A DNA stretch of 63,129 bases, the filler included, from Hyphochytrium catenoides (Eukaryota; Protista; Hyphochytriomycota): assembly GCA_900088475.1 (NCBI GenBank). It is 16 parts of 16 records of this genome, joined end to end, with 100 filler letters (N's around TTAATTAATTAA, not from the genome) between each part and the next. Parts side by side here need not be neighbours in the genome. Positions count along the whole stretch, not along the records: positions 12,109 to 13,605 come from FLMG01002333.1; positions 13,706 to 27,586 come from FLMG01000668.1; 14 more parts are not named here. One strand, 5' to 3'. The notes under the pieces were generated by a model. It did not search any database. It was not told the origin of the DNA and saw nothing but the letters and a program-made list of their open reading frames with translations. Of the stretch, positions 12,009 to 25,648 are shown one piece after another. Numbering within the stretch: position 1 is the stretch's first letter; each line of letters opens with the position of its first letter. The position numbers and the translations under genes are program-made.

Positions 12009-14407
12009 NNNNNNNNNNNNNNNNNNNNNNNNNNNNNNNNNNNNNNNNNNNNTTAATTAATTAANNNNNNNNNNNNNNNNNNNNNNNNNNNNNNNNNNNN
12101 NNNNNNNNCTCCCTTCGTCTTCTGGCAGTTCCTCCTCCTCCCCATCAAGGTCTCCTTGTCTGTTGGAGGCTGCCTTCTTCAGACCTTTAGGAGTCCTTCG
12201 TGGTCCCTCCTTTTCTTCAAGGTATAGAGTCTCTTCTTCCTCCTGCATTGTCTTTCCTAGGGGCTGAGACGAAGATTTGTCCTTGGAATGGGGAGAAAGA
12301 GAAGTGATGAAGTAACCTTCTTGTTCCGAGTCCTCGTTTTTCCCTCCCTCCTCTCTCTTTCGGCCCATTTCTAATGTCTGGCGCTGTCCAGAGTCACTTC
12401 GATGCTGCTCTGCCATTGATATACTGCTCCTTCTTAGGTATCTCTTCAGCTTAGTCACTGAGATTATATTGGAAGAAGGGGTCGCCAGTAGCGAGGTCTA
12501 TTGATGTCTCACCTGGCCTCCCTCGAACAACACCAAGCACTTCAATGCAGAAGGTCAGGATGCATGAGAGCGAAGAAACGAGCGACAGAGAATCGAGTGC
12601 GTCTCTGAGACAAAAGAAAAGAAAAGCCAAAGACAACAGAGGAGAGAGAAGAGAGATGGTGAGAGAGCGAAAAAGAAAGAGAAAATGAGAGTGAGAGAAA
12701 CAAGAGAAGATAGAGAAGAAGATGCGCCACCGCGAGACAATGGAAACTCTCTGTCCTTTAGTAGCGAGATCGCACAGCGGCTATTGGTAGTGGAGTAGCA
12801 AGAAAGAGGCTACTAGCTGCTGCCAGACTCTTGCGGACGGAGATGACTGCGACGCATAGATAATGAGACGATAGAGGAATAACAGATGATGATGGAGACT
12901 GCTGTGGAGAGTTGTTACAGCAATGAGGAGTGGGAGGTGAGAGATGATGCAGGCGGAGTCGTAGGACGGAAGGATAGGAACGAAGATGATGCGAAGACGT
13001 CTTCCCGATAGAAGAGAACGACCATCTATCGACGAACAGCAGGATAAAGATATGGCCCTGTCCAAGTTCTCCGACTTAGCGGACCGCCGGCAAAATATGA
13101 AGACTACGAAGAAGAAGAGGAATGGGTGAGCGGCAAAAAGCAAGAAGGAAGAGGGATACACAGAGAAAAAAAGTACGACGCTGAGCAGCGGCAGCAGCAG
13201 CAACCAGCAGCGCCGTCAGCCAAGACGATCTCCCTCAGGACAGTGACCCATTATAGTCTATAATATCCCCTCACTCATCACAAGCATCATCCTTTATAAG
13301 GAGAACGCCGCCCTTCACCAACCGGCGAACAAGGGAGAAACTTTTTAAAGGAAGAAGGAGGAGGAGCCAACCACTTACAGGAAGAAGAAAGGTGGAGACA
13401 GGCGCAGGTCAAAGTCCTAGAAGACAGGATGGTGGTCGTGGAAGAAATAGCGCCATCAAGAGCAAGAGAAGAAGACAGACGCTGAGGGGAGGAGAAGGGC
13501 AACAAGTAGTAGACAGCGTGAAAAAAAAAATGAGAGATAACACTAAAGGGTAGTGCCACTATTATGCCCAGGCGAGCTTAGCCTAACAATAACAACTAAC
13601 CCCGTNNNNNNNNNNNNNNNNNNNNNNNNNNNNNNNNNNNNNNNNNNNNTTAATTAATTAANNNNNNNNNNNNNNNNNNNNNNNNNNNNNNNNNNNNNNN
13701 NNNNNATGGATGAGCACAGAGACGACTAGCAGCCGAGGAAGTCTGCCTCGGAGAAGAGTCTACTCCGGAGAAAGAGACTGATGCATTGAGAATTTGAGAA
13801 TGAGATCTGCGAGACAAGGAGCTGAAACGATGAGAGGATAGAGTTAATAGAGGAAGGCGTATCCCGCATGGGAGGCCTCCAGGCGGTCGATCAGAGCTCA
13901 TTGTCAGGACAGCAACAGACAAAAGGAGATGCTTGAAGGTAACGAAACTGGGGTATCAGAAGTGTTTCAAGCGATTGAGGAGTAGTGCAGCGAGGGTCTA
14001 ATGCTCTTGGTGACTGAATATGCCGATGATATCCTTGCTTTGGCAAAGTGGCACTTTGAATCGAAGGTCATGTAAATGCTAAGGTGTGCATTGGGGCAAT
14101 GGGCAAATGGAAGGAGGCTTTAGAGATAGATCTAAGGGGCAAAAGGGGTTCATAGGAAAAAGACCCAAAGCTGAGAGAAAGTGAAAGATGAGAGAAGACG
14201 GCCGAACACTCTCTCCTTCAGTTAGAACACTGAAGTTAAACTCTCCCCAAGGCATCGCTCACGCTTCCTCCCTTCGCCGCCTCAGTTTGTTAGGCACGGT
14301 CGAAAGGCTCCAATAAATAGATCTAACTATCAACAGATAAGCTAATCAACGTGAAAGCGATCTTTGGTTCCCTGTTCCTCTGTCACCATCTGCTTTCCTT
14401 GGAAACC

Positions 14408-17400
14408 CTACTTTCCCTCTGTCTCTGAGAGCAAAAAGTCTACCCAGAGGTCTCTCAAAGGCTTCCCGCTCTCTGGGTCCGGAACACGGGGAGTGTCTGC
14501 AGGAGGCGAGGGAGCAAGCCAGCCAAAAAGAGACGACGACGAGGACCCACTATTCCCGCTGGGCCTCCTCGACGAGCTAGTGGAAGAAGGATCAGCTGCT
14601 CGTCCTCTCAGTAACCCCACCTTCTGTTTGTCTTCCGTGCTAAACCCCTAGAGAGCCGCATGATAAAAGGGAGGAATGGAGAGGTCAGGGACCAGAGAAG
14701 AAACAAGCGCTTGAAGCGAAACCAGTGCAGGAAGGAGCCACTTCCGGCTGAATTTTAAGCCACGACGATTCAATGCTTTCGCAAGAAGCTGTATACCCTC
14801 AGACGGGACGTCCTGAGGAGCCAGAGAGGAGAAGGGAAGGGAAGGCGCCGGAGAAAACTACATAGACACACTTCCAGGAACACCAGGAATATAAGAACAA
14901 TGGATAGAACTGTCTCGCACCATGATACTGGACATTAGCTCTAAGACGTCTCTCTTGGCGATGGCGTTGCCATCAATATAGGTCACCTGAGTCAAGCAGA
15001 ATCCCTGTCAGAAACGAAGACCTCCTCCTCACATCTATTAGGGGTATTATCTATGGCTTACAATGAGCTTAGTGACCATCCTTTTGTCTATCATGTTCTC
15101 GTCAGAAGAGTCCTCCATACGAGCCACGAGCTCCTCCATAGCCTGGGGTGTCGGAGGTGCAGAGAAGTACAGATTACTCGTCGGACAGCCAAAGATAACA
15201 TCCCCAAATCAGGAAGAATTTCAACCCGTCTGCGTGAAGGAACATCTCAGGGAACAGGTCCAGAACTGAGTAGTGGAAGACAGGACAATAGGAGACGGTG
15301 TATGATGGAAACACTTTGAAGCCAACGCGATACAACGGCAACGTAAGAGTTGTGAGTAGGAAAGAGAAAGGCGAAAGCGCCAATGTCACCGCACGAGGAA
15401 GCTGTTATCCTTCCACACAAGAGAGAGAGAGAGTTATCACTATCCCTCGTCAAATCTCCCTCTTTCATTGTCCCTTTCTCAGGCGCCCTAATTGTAGACA
15501 GTACCTCTCACCTTCTGCAGTCTCTTATTCTCCTGAGTCAATTTCGTGACCTCAGCACCCAGAGCGGTTCTGCTTATCATGAGCTGCTCCATCTCTTTCT
15601 GAATAGATTTCTTAGCGAGAGCGACTGCAGCGTCATGCTCTTCTCGACCCTTGGATACGAGCTCCTGGGCCACGAACAGGAAAAAGAAAAATAAAAGAAG
15701 ACGGGGATATGCGGCGCGTTTGAAAACAGACATCAGATCCTTCCATGCGAGAGCAGCGGGTTCTTTGAAAATCGAACGATGGAACCTAAAGGAGAGATAA
15801 GCATGAAAGAGATGTAAAGAGGCATCACAAAAAGCTACTTCATATGAAACGTGACCGATCGAGGGATAGGGAGAGCTATAGCGACAGACAAATATCATCC
15901 ACTGCTGCCTTAATCAGGAGCTGACGTTGGATTCTCACGACCGCGGGGGAGAAATGCTTTGCTTTGCTAACCTCGAGTTTGGTCTCTCTATCCCTGAGCT
16001 TCTCTTCATAGTTCTTAATAAGCTGGTTCCTCTCTTCCTCTCTATCTTCCTGAAATTGCTGGAGCACGCGTTCTAGATTTCTCAACGCTTTTTCGCTAGC
16101 CTCAGCGTCCTGAACCAAAAGAGACGCCGTCAGCAAGCGCAAAGACAATTGAGGCCAGATCCAAGCAACAGGCTATATAATGATGCTCATTTATAGAAAG
16201 AAGCCATAATCAACCTGCTGAGCTAATTTGAGATCCGTTTGTGCGGCCTTTACTTGGCCTCTAAGCGTCTGAAGAGTCTGCTTCTCGGTCCCTAAGCCCG
16301 AGATCTCAGTCAGCAGTTCTTGCTCTCTCCTCTTGAATCTTTGCTCCTAACGATGGTATCGACAGCCGGGAGGAGAGATAGGTGAACATTAGCAATGAAT
16401 GAGTAGGATCACAGGCGCCACAGTGTACAATGTTGAACTATTCACAAGGACAAGCAGGCGTTAGGGAGGCAGATTGCACGCTATAAACGTGGGTACAGAT
16501 ATACGCACCTGTTTTTGACTGGCCTCTTCCACCTCGTTGCAATACTTCTCTGCCTCCTCTGCCCGAGCCTGCCACTGTTCACCAAGCTCTTTCAATCGGG
16601 CCACTTCGACTTTCTTGAATGAAGACGGTAGCAACGCGACATTAGCTTCAGAATGTGGGAGCTAAGGAGAAGAGGAGGGGTCGAAGGGCTGCCTGTAAGC
16701 ATCGACCTACATAGCTGGCAACTACTTCCTCTTGCACTGTCTCGAAGTTCTCTCTTCCCTGCTCCTGCGCCAATCCCAGCTCTTCCTGAGTTGCTTCCAG
16801 TTCCGCGTTGAGTTTCTGCATGCTAGTTCGCATCTGGCATGGAGAGTGAAGTTGAACGCAAAAACAATGTCGCTTTGAGTTAGGATTCCTACCAAGACCT
16901 GGCCGCTTTGTAGCGCGTTGCACAAGGCTGTGTTCTCTCAACCCTCTTTTCCTCGTCGCCTTACCTGCCCGATGACGTTGTTGAGTCCATCGATCTCAAT
17001 CTGCTTCTTCCTTAACTTCTCCTGAAGTTGTTCTTCTCTTGCTAATAAGTGCCTCATCTCCTCCTATAATCCATACAAGATAGCTCCTTAGAGTGGTAGA
17101 AGAGAGCGGGATGCCATTCAAGCTTCGGCCCACAGCAGTTCCTAGCCTTAAAATATAGAAACAGAGGCACCGGACGCCAGAACAGAGTGGATGCCGCCAT
17201 GAGAAGGGATACGTGCCACACACCTGAAGCCTTTTCAAACTCTCTTCTCTTGATTTCAGAGTTAGGTTTAGCGCTTCCCTCTCCTTACTTTCCCTCTGGC
17301 TTCTTTCTACGTCCGCCTACAGAGGGAGACGTACAGGTAACAAAAGGAGGAGAATGGTGCTGAGTCATATCTCCAGCGCTGAAGGTAAGAGCATTAGATA

Positions 17401-20400
17401 TAAGCTTTATAGGCCATCAGCTGAGTACGTCTGAGGTTGGCATCAGCGGTACTAGCTCCGCAAGAGATGACCAGGCTGGGATTTCCCTGACAGGGCAAGG
17501 AGAAAAGGAGTGAGGGAAGACAGCTAGCTGCCATGTCTTTCCATCACCTTGGTGTGGCTGACTGTTACTTCTGCCAATGCATTCTGGTTCGCCAAGCGCT
17601 CACTCTGAATAGCGGAAGATAAGTCTTCCACAATCTGCATTAAGTTTGAAGAAGAATAAGGAGATTAAGTTAGGCAGTCGTACGAGACACCCGCAAGACG
17701 TGGACATGTCGATGGAGGTAGTTCAAAGGAAGTTCAGATGACGATATGAGTGTTTGTTTAAGAGAGTAAGTTATAGATGGCAGGAACTAAGACCTGGAGA
17801 ATTGCGGCCAACGATCCTTCTCCTTCACTCTGTTCTACTTTCGTTTCCCTTTGTCTCGGTCTAGTTCCTAAGAGACGTTCTAAGGAACGAAGAGACTCTA
17901 TAATGGTCCGTTGCTCCTCATTCCGACTCTCACTAATATATGAGAAGAGTGCCAGAAGGGCTCCTGTAGGCTGCATATACGAGAGAAGGTCACCTGTCAG
18001 TACCTCAAGCATACGCAACGGACCAGATTACTAGCAAGAAGAAAGATTGAAAGCCAGATGAGGTGAGAAGAGAGAGCCGAAGACTTCAGAACATCGACAC
18101 ACCTCACCTCAAGCGACTCTCTACTCGATGAGAAGAAGTAGCCCACTGTCCTTCCGTAGTCGTAGATAACGGTACGTAAGGACTCTGTGTCTATGCTTGG
18201 GCCGGTTGTGACACCTGTAGGTGGGAAGATAGGAGGGAAGAGAGGCCAACCAAGATACAGATGCTCAGTGATCACCTTACAGCTATCAAGAGAACAAGAA
18301 GATCATAGCACATCATCGCATGACCAGAGACACTGCAGTGACAAGGGAAAAAACTCCTTACCGGTGTTGGTAGACCCATTCTGACTGTGATGGGCTGCCT
18401 CTTTTCGCAATCTGGTCATTTCATCGCGTGCTTGGGCCTATGTGTCATTGCCGTGCGAATACCAGTTTGTCATAATGCAACCGTACGTACGGTTAAGAGG
18501 ACACAAAGGAGAGATGACGATCATACAAGGCGGGTCATCCTCTCAACGGAGTTAACAGATCCCTCGTTTGATGAAAGTGATTGAGAGAGTCGATTGACGC
18601 GTAACCAGAGAGAAAAGGAGTGGGCATGTTAAGGAGTTTGACTTATTCACCTCGAAGATCTCGTGGGATCTGGATGCCTGCTCTAGCATCGTCTTGGCGC
18701 TTTGTAGCTCATACTCTAGTCTAAGATTCCTCTCTGTAAGAGACCTGACAGCTGCCTGCAGAAGGGTTTTAGTAGCTAGAAGCCAATGGTGATTAAAAAG
18801 AACTAGATGGATGCCTACGACCCATTGACCGCGACATAGGGCCTAAAAAGGCCAGCCCGCTGCGGTCCACGAATGAAATGTAAGAGGAAAAAGGCAAAGG
18901 CAAGGATGTTTGAATTTACCTCGTGCTCCTCTTGTCCGACGACAAGGAGCTGACTCTAGATAGAGAAGATCGGCAGCAGAGATAGCGTAATCGGGTGAGA
19001 CAAAGCAGCACACATATTGATATGGAGCCAAACGGACCAACCAAGCATACCTTCTCTTCTCTTTGCTGCGATGTGACCTCGGACACTTTGATCTCTAGAA
19101 TGTCTAATCCACAAAGGAGAGCCTCTCCTGTGTCGCCCCCTACCCCTTGGGCATTCTGTCCAAAGTCGTTAAGAGCGATCGGGGTTGCTTGCGATGACTA
19201 ATGCGTGATGCTCACCAATAAACTCTTCAGGCTCGTATTGGGCTCAAGCTGTTGAATCTAAAGAGATTTTGGGAGAGATTTGAGGTTAGCGAGAAGAGGA
19301 GACAGTTGCGTTAAGCTGAGAAATATCACTCAAGGGCCAAACGAAGCTAAGTACACACTAGACAGAGCTCTGAAGAGTCCCTACAATAGATAAATATGCT
19401 TTGGGGTTCCTTACCAGGTTCTCTATCTTCTGAACTGCCTTCCCAGCCGTCGCTTCAAGGCTTGTCATTGAGAGCTTTAAGGCATTAACCGTGTGAAGAA
19501 GAAGTTCCATACGACAGGGTCTCAAGAATAATAACTCTTGGACAATGGAAGATAGGTACGCAGATGTGCACAGGGAGTGACAGAAGATAGAACTTGAAAG
19601 TTCCCCATACTCACATGAGGTTTCAGATCCGCTTCCGGCTCCTTAATCAGTCCTCCCATCGACGCTAGCATTCACGATGCCGTTAGGTGAGCCATCATAA
19701 AAAATAAAGATAATGGAAACGAGATACATATAGAAGAGGGCAAGAATTAGCAGTCAAGCAAGGAGCTGGAGATAAACTTACCTCCTTCTGATTTGGCGGC
19801 AATAGAGCCATCACTCTCCTTTGTCTTCTCCTCCCTCAGCTGTTTACATAGTGCTTCGCTGTCCTGCAACCTCCGTTGAAGAGATAACACTTCGTTCTTG
19901 TACCACTCAAGCTAAGAGTAGAGAAGCGATAGCGATGCCTTAGAGGGAAGGAGTCACCGCTAAAGAGAAGACAACGAAGAAGACGTGTAGGAAGAGGGCC
20001 TAGAATGACGAGCCACAGATGAGACCAAGAGGGAGGTAGAAGAAGGAAGAAAACCAAGCGAGAGGGCCCCAAAACCAGGAAAGAGAGTATAGAGAATTGC
20101 CAGCCCGTCAGCCCAAGGTGTCCTAGTCCTTCTAAACTGTCCGCTCTTTCGCATCCGGTCACCATCAAGATCTACCATGTCCTTGCCTCGTGCTTATAAG
20201 TCTCACTGTGTCTCTCTTCTATGTCTATAAATTGGCATGCTCATTACCTCTTCTGGGTCTGCATGTGCACCTCTTGCTCCCATAAGGTCCCCTGCCACGG
20301 GACCCACCGCCTCTCCAATGTTAGCTGCATACTTTGAGAGTGCACCCCATACGCTCGCTCCTTTCTCACTGCCAGGAGAATGGGGAGCTGGTAAAGAGTA

Positions 20401-20977
20401 ATCAGTGAGATTGATAAGCAGGTGCATACAAGAGGAAGAGGAGACAGAGCCGAGCCAAGTCGGTTTTTTCGGAGAATAAAGATGTTGGGGATGGGGATAA
20501 GGAAAACCAGCAAGGGAGGGAAAGAGAGACCAATGGAGCTAAGGAGAAGGGAAGGGCCGAAACTTGGGATTGAACAGAGCTATCACTACTTCTCTGCAAG
20601 GACTAAACTATTGGTGGGAAAGCGATATATAAGCAAACGTCCTTACTGGCTTCCGCCCGTGGACTGTGGATAGCAGCGTGATTGCCATGCGTCCTCCTAG
20701 CGCCATCTAGCTCTTCAGGCCCGGGGTAAAGCATACGAGGGCTCGCCTTATCCTCAAAGCCTCTGTGACGAGCTCGATTCGGGTGCTGGCCGGCGTCTCG
20801 AGTGTCGGCACCATGAAACTCCCTCTTCAAATCCAAAGAATGCTCCCTGGCCTCCTCATGCTCATCTATCTCTCCCCAGTCCTCGTCCTCATCCACCTCG
20901 TGTCCCTCTCCCGACGCTGTAACTGGAGCAATGGCCTCTGTCAGATCCCCCGCCAAGTTCTTCAGAGTGCCCCACAT
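14408..20977 (-). CDS. Multi-exon coiled-coil golgin with C-terminal GRAB/GA1 domain (GMAP-210/TRIP11/Rud3/GC3-4-like)
   Basis: Starts MWGTLKNLAGDL, then many E/Q/K/L heptad exons. C-terminus: ENMIDKRMVTKLI|VTYIDG...KRDVLELMSSIM|GFSTEDKQKVGL...LRDLWVDFLLSET, stop TAG 14408. Internal exons only partly traced. Confidence 0.85.
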
Positions 20978-21567
20978 CCTTGCGTCAGCAACCCAGCAGC
21001 TGCACTACCTTACTTCCTCTGCTGGCCTGCCTCTTACTTCCATGCGCCCTTGTCTTCTAATCTCCAGATATTTCCATATTGAGCTTGAGATTCCTAGGAA
21101 ACGCGATGAGAGACAGAGAGAGACTCAGAGGCGGACAAGCTGAAGCGAAGCACAAAGCATTTTACAATGAAAAACGGATCACGATATGCCTGACAGTAAT
21201 CAATAAAGATTAAAGCTAGTTATCTCCGTGAAGGTACTGGGAACCTTTCAGCCATGTGAAAGATACCGCTTGACTCCAGATGCACAAATCTACCTATCAT
21301 TCAAAGAACAACGCAAGAAACCTATGACAGGAAAGAAACAAACTTTCAATGTGATCATTTCGTCATGAGATCTTCCCATCATCAGAATCTGCAGATCTTC
21401 GGTTCTGATGATTGAAGCTCCCAGATACTCTGCAAAGCTCTGTTGACATTCTAGTTTTGAAGCCCTCATAGCTCTGCTCCCTGTCAGTGACTGAGAGTGT
21501 TGAGCCGTCTTTATCTCTAGAGCTTACGGGTAGCATTTGACCTTGGGTATAGGTCAGTGGAGTAAGG

Positions 21568-23776
21568 ATGATGGCTGACTCGGGGGCTCCTCTGAGACTT
21601 ATTCTTGGCACGATGACCTTCGCTGGACAGACCTCGGAGCAAGATGCAGAGACTGAGCTTACGGAGTTCGTCAGCTTTCCAGCAGCCAAAGTCGCGTCTG
21701 GCCCCGAGACGTATTGTCACGGCAAGGTAAAATGGCAGGGAGGAGGGTAGTTTGGTAACTGAGCTGGGAACTGAGAGGCGACGCGAAAGCGACAACATGA
21801 GATGCGAAGAGTCAGACAAGGGTTCTCACGAAAGAGCGGTTGTCGACCTCAGTGGAGAAAGGACTAGGCAGAGCACGCACGAGGATCGGACAATTGGACA
21901 GAATGAATAGGTTAAGTGCAACCCATGGCTGGCCAATCTTCTCGTTTTAACTCGAGTTTCCCCTGTATAGTTCCTTATCGACACGGCCAGGGTTTATCAA
22001 GGCGGAGAGACTGAGGAAACACTTGGCCGGATCTTTGAGAGAAGATCAGACCTGTCCTCCTCTGTGTCTATTGCTACAAAGGTCAACCGCTTTGCTGCGG
22101 GCCATTCTCTTAGCAAGGAAAGCATCAAGAAGCAGCTGGCTGAGAGCTTGAATGCTTTAAAGCGGGACAGAGTGGACATTCTCTACCTGCACGGGCCCGA
22201 CATAGAGACGCCACTAGAGGAGACGCTTCAGGCCATGGATGAGCTGCACAAGGAGGGGAAATACTCGGAGTTTGGTTTGTCCAACTACCCAGCATGGCAG
22301 GTGGTGGACATATATCACCAGTGCAACAGCAAAGGATACGTCCGGCCAACACTCTACCAGGGCATGTACAATGGCATCACAAGGTACAAAGACGCACAGC
22401 TTCCATTACGTATGCAGAAGGTCATCTCTTCTCTTCATCTCTTGCAAGATGTTCCGATAAGTCCCTAGTTCTAGACATTGTCTTTTCTAATCCCGATATC
22501 CGTTCCTTCCTGAGGGCCACCCTGCTGCTTATTATGCTCTAGATTACTCTCTTTCATGAATACCTTCTTTGATCCGTGCGTGCCTCTGTTGCGGAAGAGC
22601 TGTTGTGCATCTCCTTGCCCGCTCCTAATGGGCACGCCACAGGTCACCTTACTTCTTCCTTTAAAGCAGCTTTTGATTCTGGTGTCATCGCTTCTTACGT
22701 CGTAGATTCCCGACCTCAACCTTCTGCTACTCTCGTTATTCTCTTGCTGTCTCCCGGTACTACCTGTAGGGACGTGGAATACGAGCTTTTGCCCGCCCTC
22801 CGGTCTCTCTCCATGCGTTTCTATGCGTATAATCCGCTAGCAGGTGGACTTCTCTCAGGGAAGTATCAGACCGAGGATGATGAGGACATACCAGGGAGGT
22901 TCTCGGCAGATGGCGTAGGCAAAACGACGTCAGATATGTATAAAAAGCGCTTCTGGAAGAAAGGTGACACCTCATTCCACTTCTTGCCTTTAGTCTTTTC
23001 CCTCATATCCTTCGTTCTGCGTAGGTTGTTCCTGCCACTGGTCTTCCATTATTTTGTGCTCATTTTGGCCTGTTGCCTTTCCATGCAGCGTACTTTGAGG
23101 CCCTCGACGTCATCCGTAGCGAGTGTCAGAAGGTCGAGATATCAATGGCGGAAGCCTCACTTCGATGGCTGCTCCACCACTCTTTCTTGCGGTCACATCT
23201 GGGGGATGGAGTTATTCTAGGGGCTAGCCGCGTGGAACACCTACGGGAGAACCTTACAGCGTGCACCCACGGCCCTCTACCACCTCAGATCGTCGCCGCG
23301 TACGAAGATGCATGGCAGGTGAGGAAGACCCACTATCGGTATCGCTCTTTCCCGCTGCTTTCTTGCATCGCTGCCCTTCTGCCTCATCTTGTCCACTGTC
23401 AGCTGAGAATGGACCAGGCTATATGCTGAGAACGCTATATCTCGGAAATAACCTCCTCTCCTTGTCTTATTGTGTGCGCAAATCCAACTATCATCCTGAT
23501 CTCCATAAGATCCCAACTTAGCTTTCGCTCCTGTCAGGCGATCATTTACTCTCGTTTATAAAGCCTCTTGGCTTCTCTATCGCTTCCTCTATCTATGTTT
23601 CGCTTCTGTCAGCCTTTCCCTCCGTTTATTTTGAACCGATTCCGTCCGTCGTTCTCTGGCTTGTGTTGGTCATGTAGATTGCCAAGTCTGATTGTGAGAA
23701 GTACTTCCGAGGCTTTGATGACATCCCAGGACATAGCAAGAAATTTTTGAGCAAGTTTGACTTGCAAAAGTCATGA
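21568..23776 (+). CDS. Aldo-keto reductase, AKR7A (aflatoxin B1 aldehyde reductase)-like, 5 exons
   Basis: RLILGTMTF; IDTARVY; IATKVN; DILYLHGPD; GLSNYPAWQV; YQGMYNGITR|DVEYEL; YAYNPLAGGLLSGKY; VILGASRVEHL. GT-AG introns, TGA at 23774-23776. Confidence 0.93.
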
Positions 23777-24428
23777 GCTAGCTTGCTTCACAGTGCAACG
23801 ATTCCTTGTCTAGTTGCCAACGAGAAAAGAGGCTCTTTTTGCTATCGCTATCTCCTACCTCAGCATTATTTCTTACATTTCTCTTCAATCTGAAACCACA
23901 GATTTGCCAAGCACTGGTTGGCACAGGGAATGTGTCTGTCAAGCTACGGCATCAGTCAGACCTAATTATCATAAAGAAGTCTACTCCTTCCGATTTGTCA
24001 TCTTCGTAGTTCCTTCGTTCCCTCTCTGGGGCTCTCTCCTTTGTCTTCTCGGCCTCTAGGGCTTGTTCAGACCTCTCTCTAAGTAGTGCTTGTGGTTATA
24101 AGACTGGTTGAACACTAACAGAAAACACGTTCTACCTCTGACTCCTTGATCAGAGATGAACTGTGCTGGCTGAAGGGAAGAAGAAAGCCCTACGTTACTT
24201 CTCCCAACTCCATCTAACAACTGAAATAGGTGCCCAACTAGGATGAGGGGAAGTTGGCAGTGAAGTGATCTGACCCAAGATGGAAGACTGCAGAAAAATG
24301 TCTCTTACAATCCTTAATTGTACCTTCTCGAGCATAAATAAGTTCTAACAGTTGCATGGAGCCTCAGCGTCATTTGGAGCTGCCTACGTCCCTGGCTCTG
24401 CTGGTTCTCCACCTTTCTTCCCCCTTTT

Positions 24429-25613
24429 CTAGAAGCAGTGTGCGCACTCTAAGTTGTATCCTAGAAGTTTGCTATGACTGTGGAGCAGCTCGTTGAACAC
24501 TGGTGGGCCGCAGTAAAGAAGGACAGTACCCTCACTCATCTAAATATTGTTAGGGGAAGGCTTGTGAGTTGCCAGAAAGGTCCTTACTACCTATTCTAGG
24601 AGAAAATGGCTAGCCAGAAAGAGGGAGACATATAACGAGGGGATGGGATAAGATGGAAGGTAGACATAAGAGGGAAGGCACGGTAAAAACAAACGTACAG
24701 GACACGAGCGGCGAAGAGTTGTACGGCTTACCGGTGGGACCAACTTCATAAGCAGGTCCGTAGATAGCCTTTCATATATTCTATGGATCTCTTCAGAGCT
24801 CTCGCTAGTCTTCTGTATCTCTGCCTCAATAACTTTGCTGAAGACGTCCACACGCTGGAAACGAGAGGGCGCCTTTTCTTTAAATTGCCTCAGAAGGTCC
24901 TCGCACATTACATCAGAGGGGCTACGGTTGCAATTAACGAGAAGGATCTCAGGTGAATCCTCAAGGCCTTTTTGACTTTCACGCTCGTCAGGTTCAGTAG
25001 ACGAGACGATGACGTTCATCAGCTGAAGCATCGGAGTGATCCCGCTTCCTGCAGCCACCATGACAAACTTCTTCACGGGGCGGAAGGCTCCGTTAAGGAA
25101 AGCACCTGGCGTGCATACGGGTAGCAGATTGAGGAAGGAATTCAGAAATGTATTATAATGTATTGGGGAACGGCGGCACCGAAAACGAAGAGCGGCGAGT
25201 GGACGCTTCGTGAGACAAAGGACCCGTGGCATTTTGCGATGAAGATGTGGAGGTCGGAAAGCGAAAAGGCAAAGCACAGCTGAACAAGCGAGGGACAAAA
25301 GGAATATATGAGAAGCTAGAAGACGACGTTGATGAAAAACTTGATAGGAGGAGAGTGCTTTACGCCACACAAGATGCGCAGGAGAGTCACCTTGTCCTCT
25401 CTGGTAGTAGAAGGAACCTCGGGGACCTCTAAATGAGACGAAATCCCCAACTTTGAGCTGCTGACAGTATTGCGAGAGGCGACCGTCGGGGTATATCTTC
25501 ACTGCCAGTTCCATATATTCAGTCTGTCAATGCCAGGAAAAGTCACTTTGAGATATTCTTCGATCCGGATTCATATTGCGATTCAAAGAAAGCGTATAGA
25601 AATAAAAGGGGGG

Positions 25614-25648
<35 letters not shown>

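Noticed and set aside
12109-13605. Purine-rich degenerate coding-like contig
   Set aside because: No recognisable motif or consistent splice model.
14019-14030. YADD motif (EYADDILALAK) as an RT relic
   Set aside because: Only a four-residue match in stop-ridden sequence, with no other RT motif nearby.
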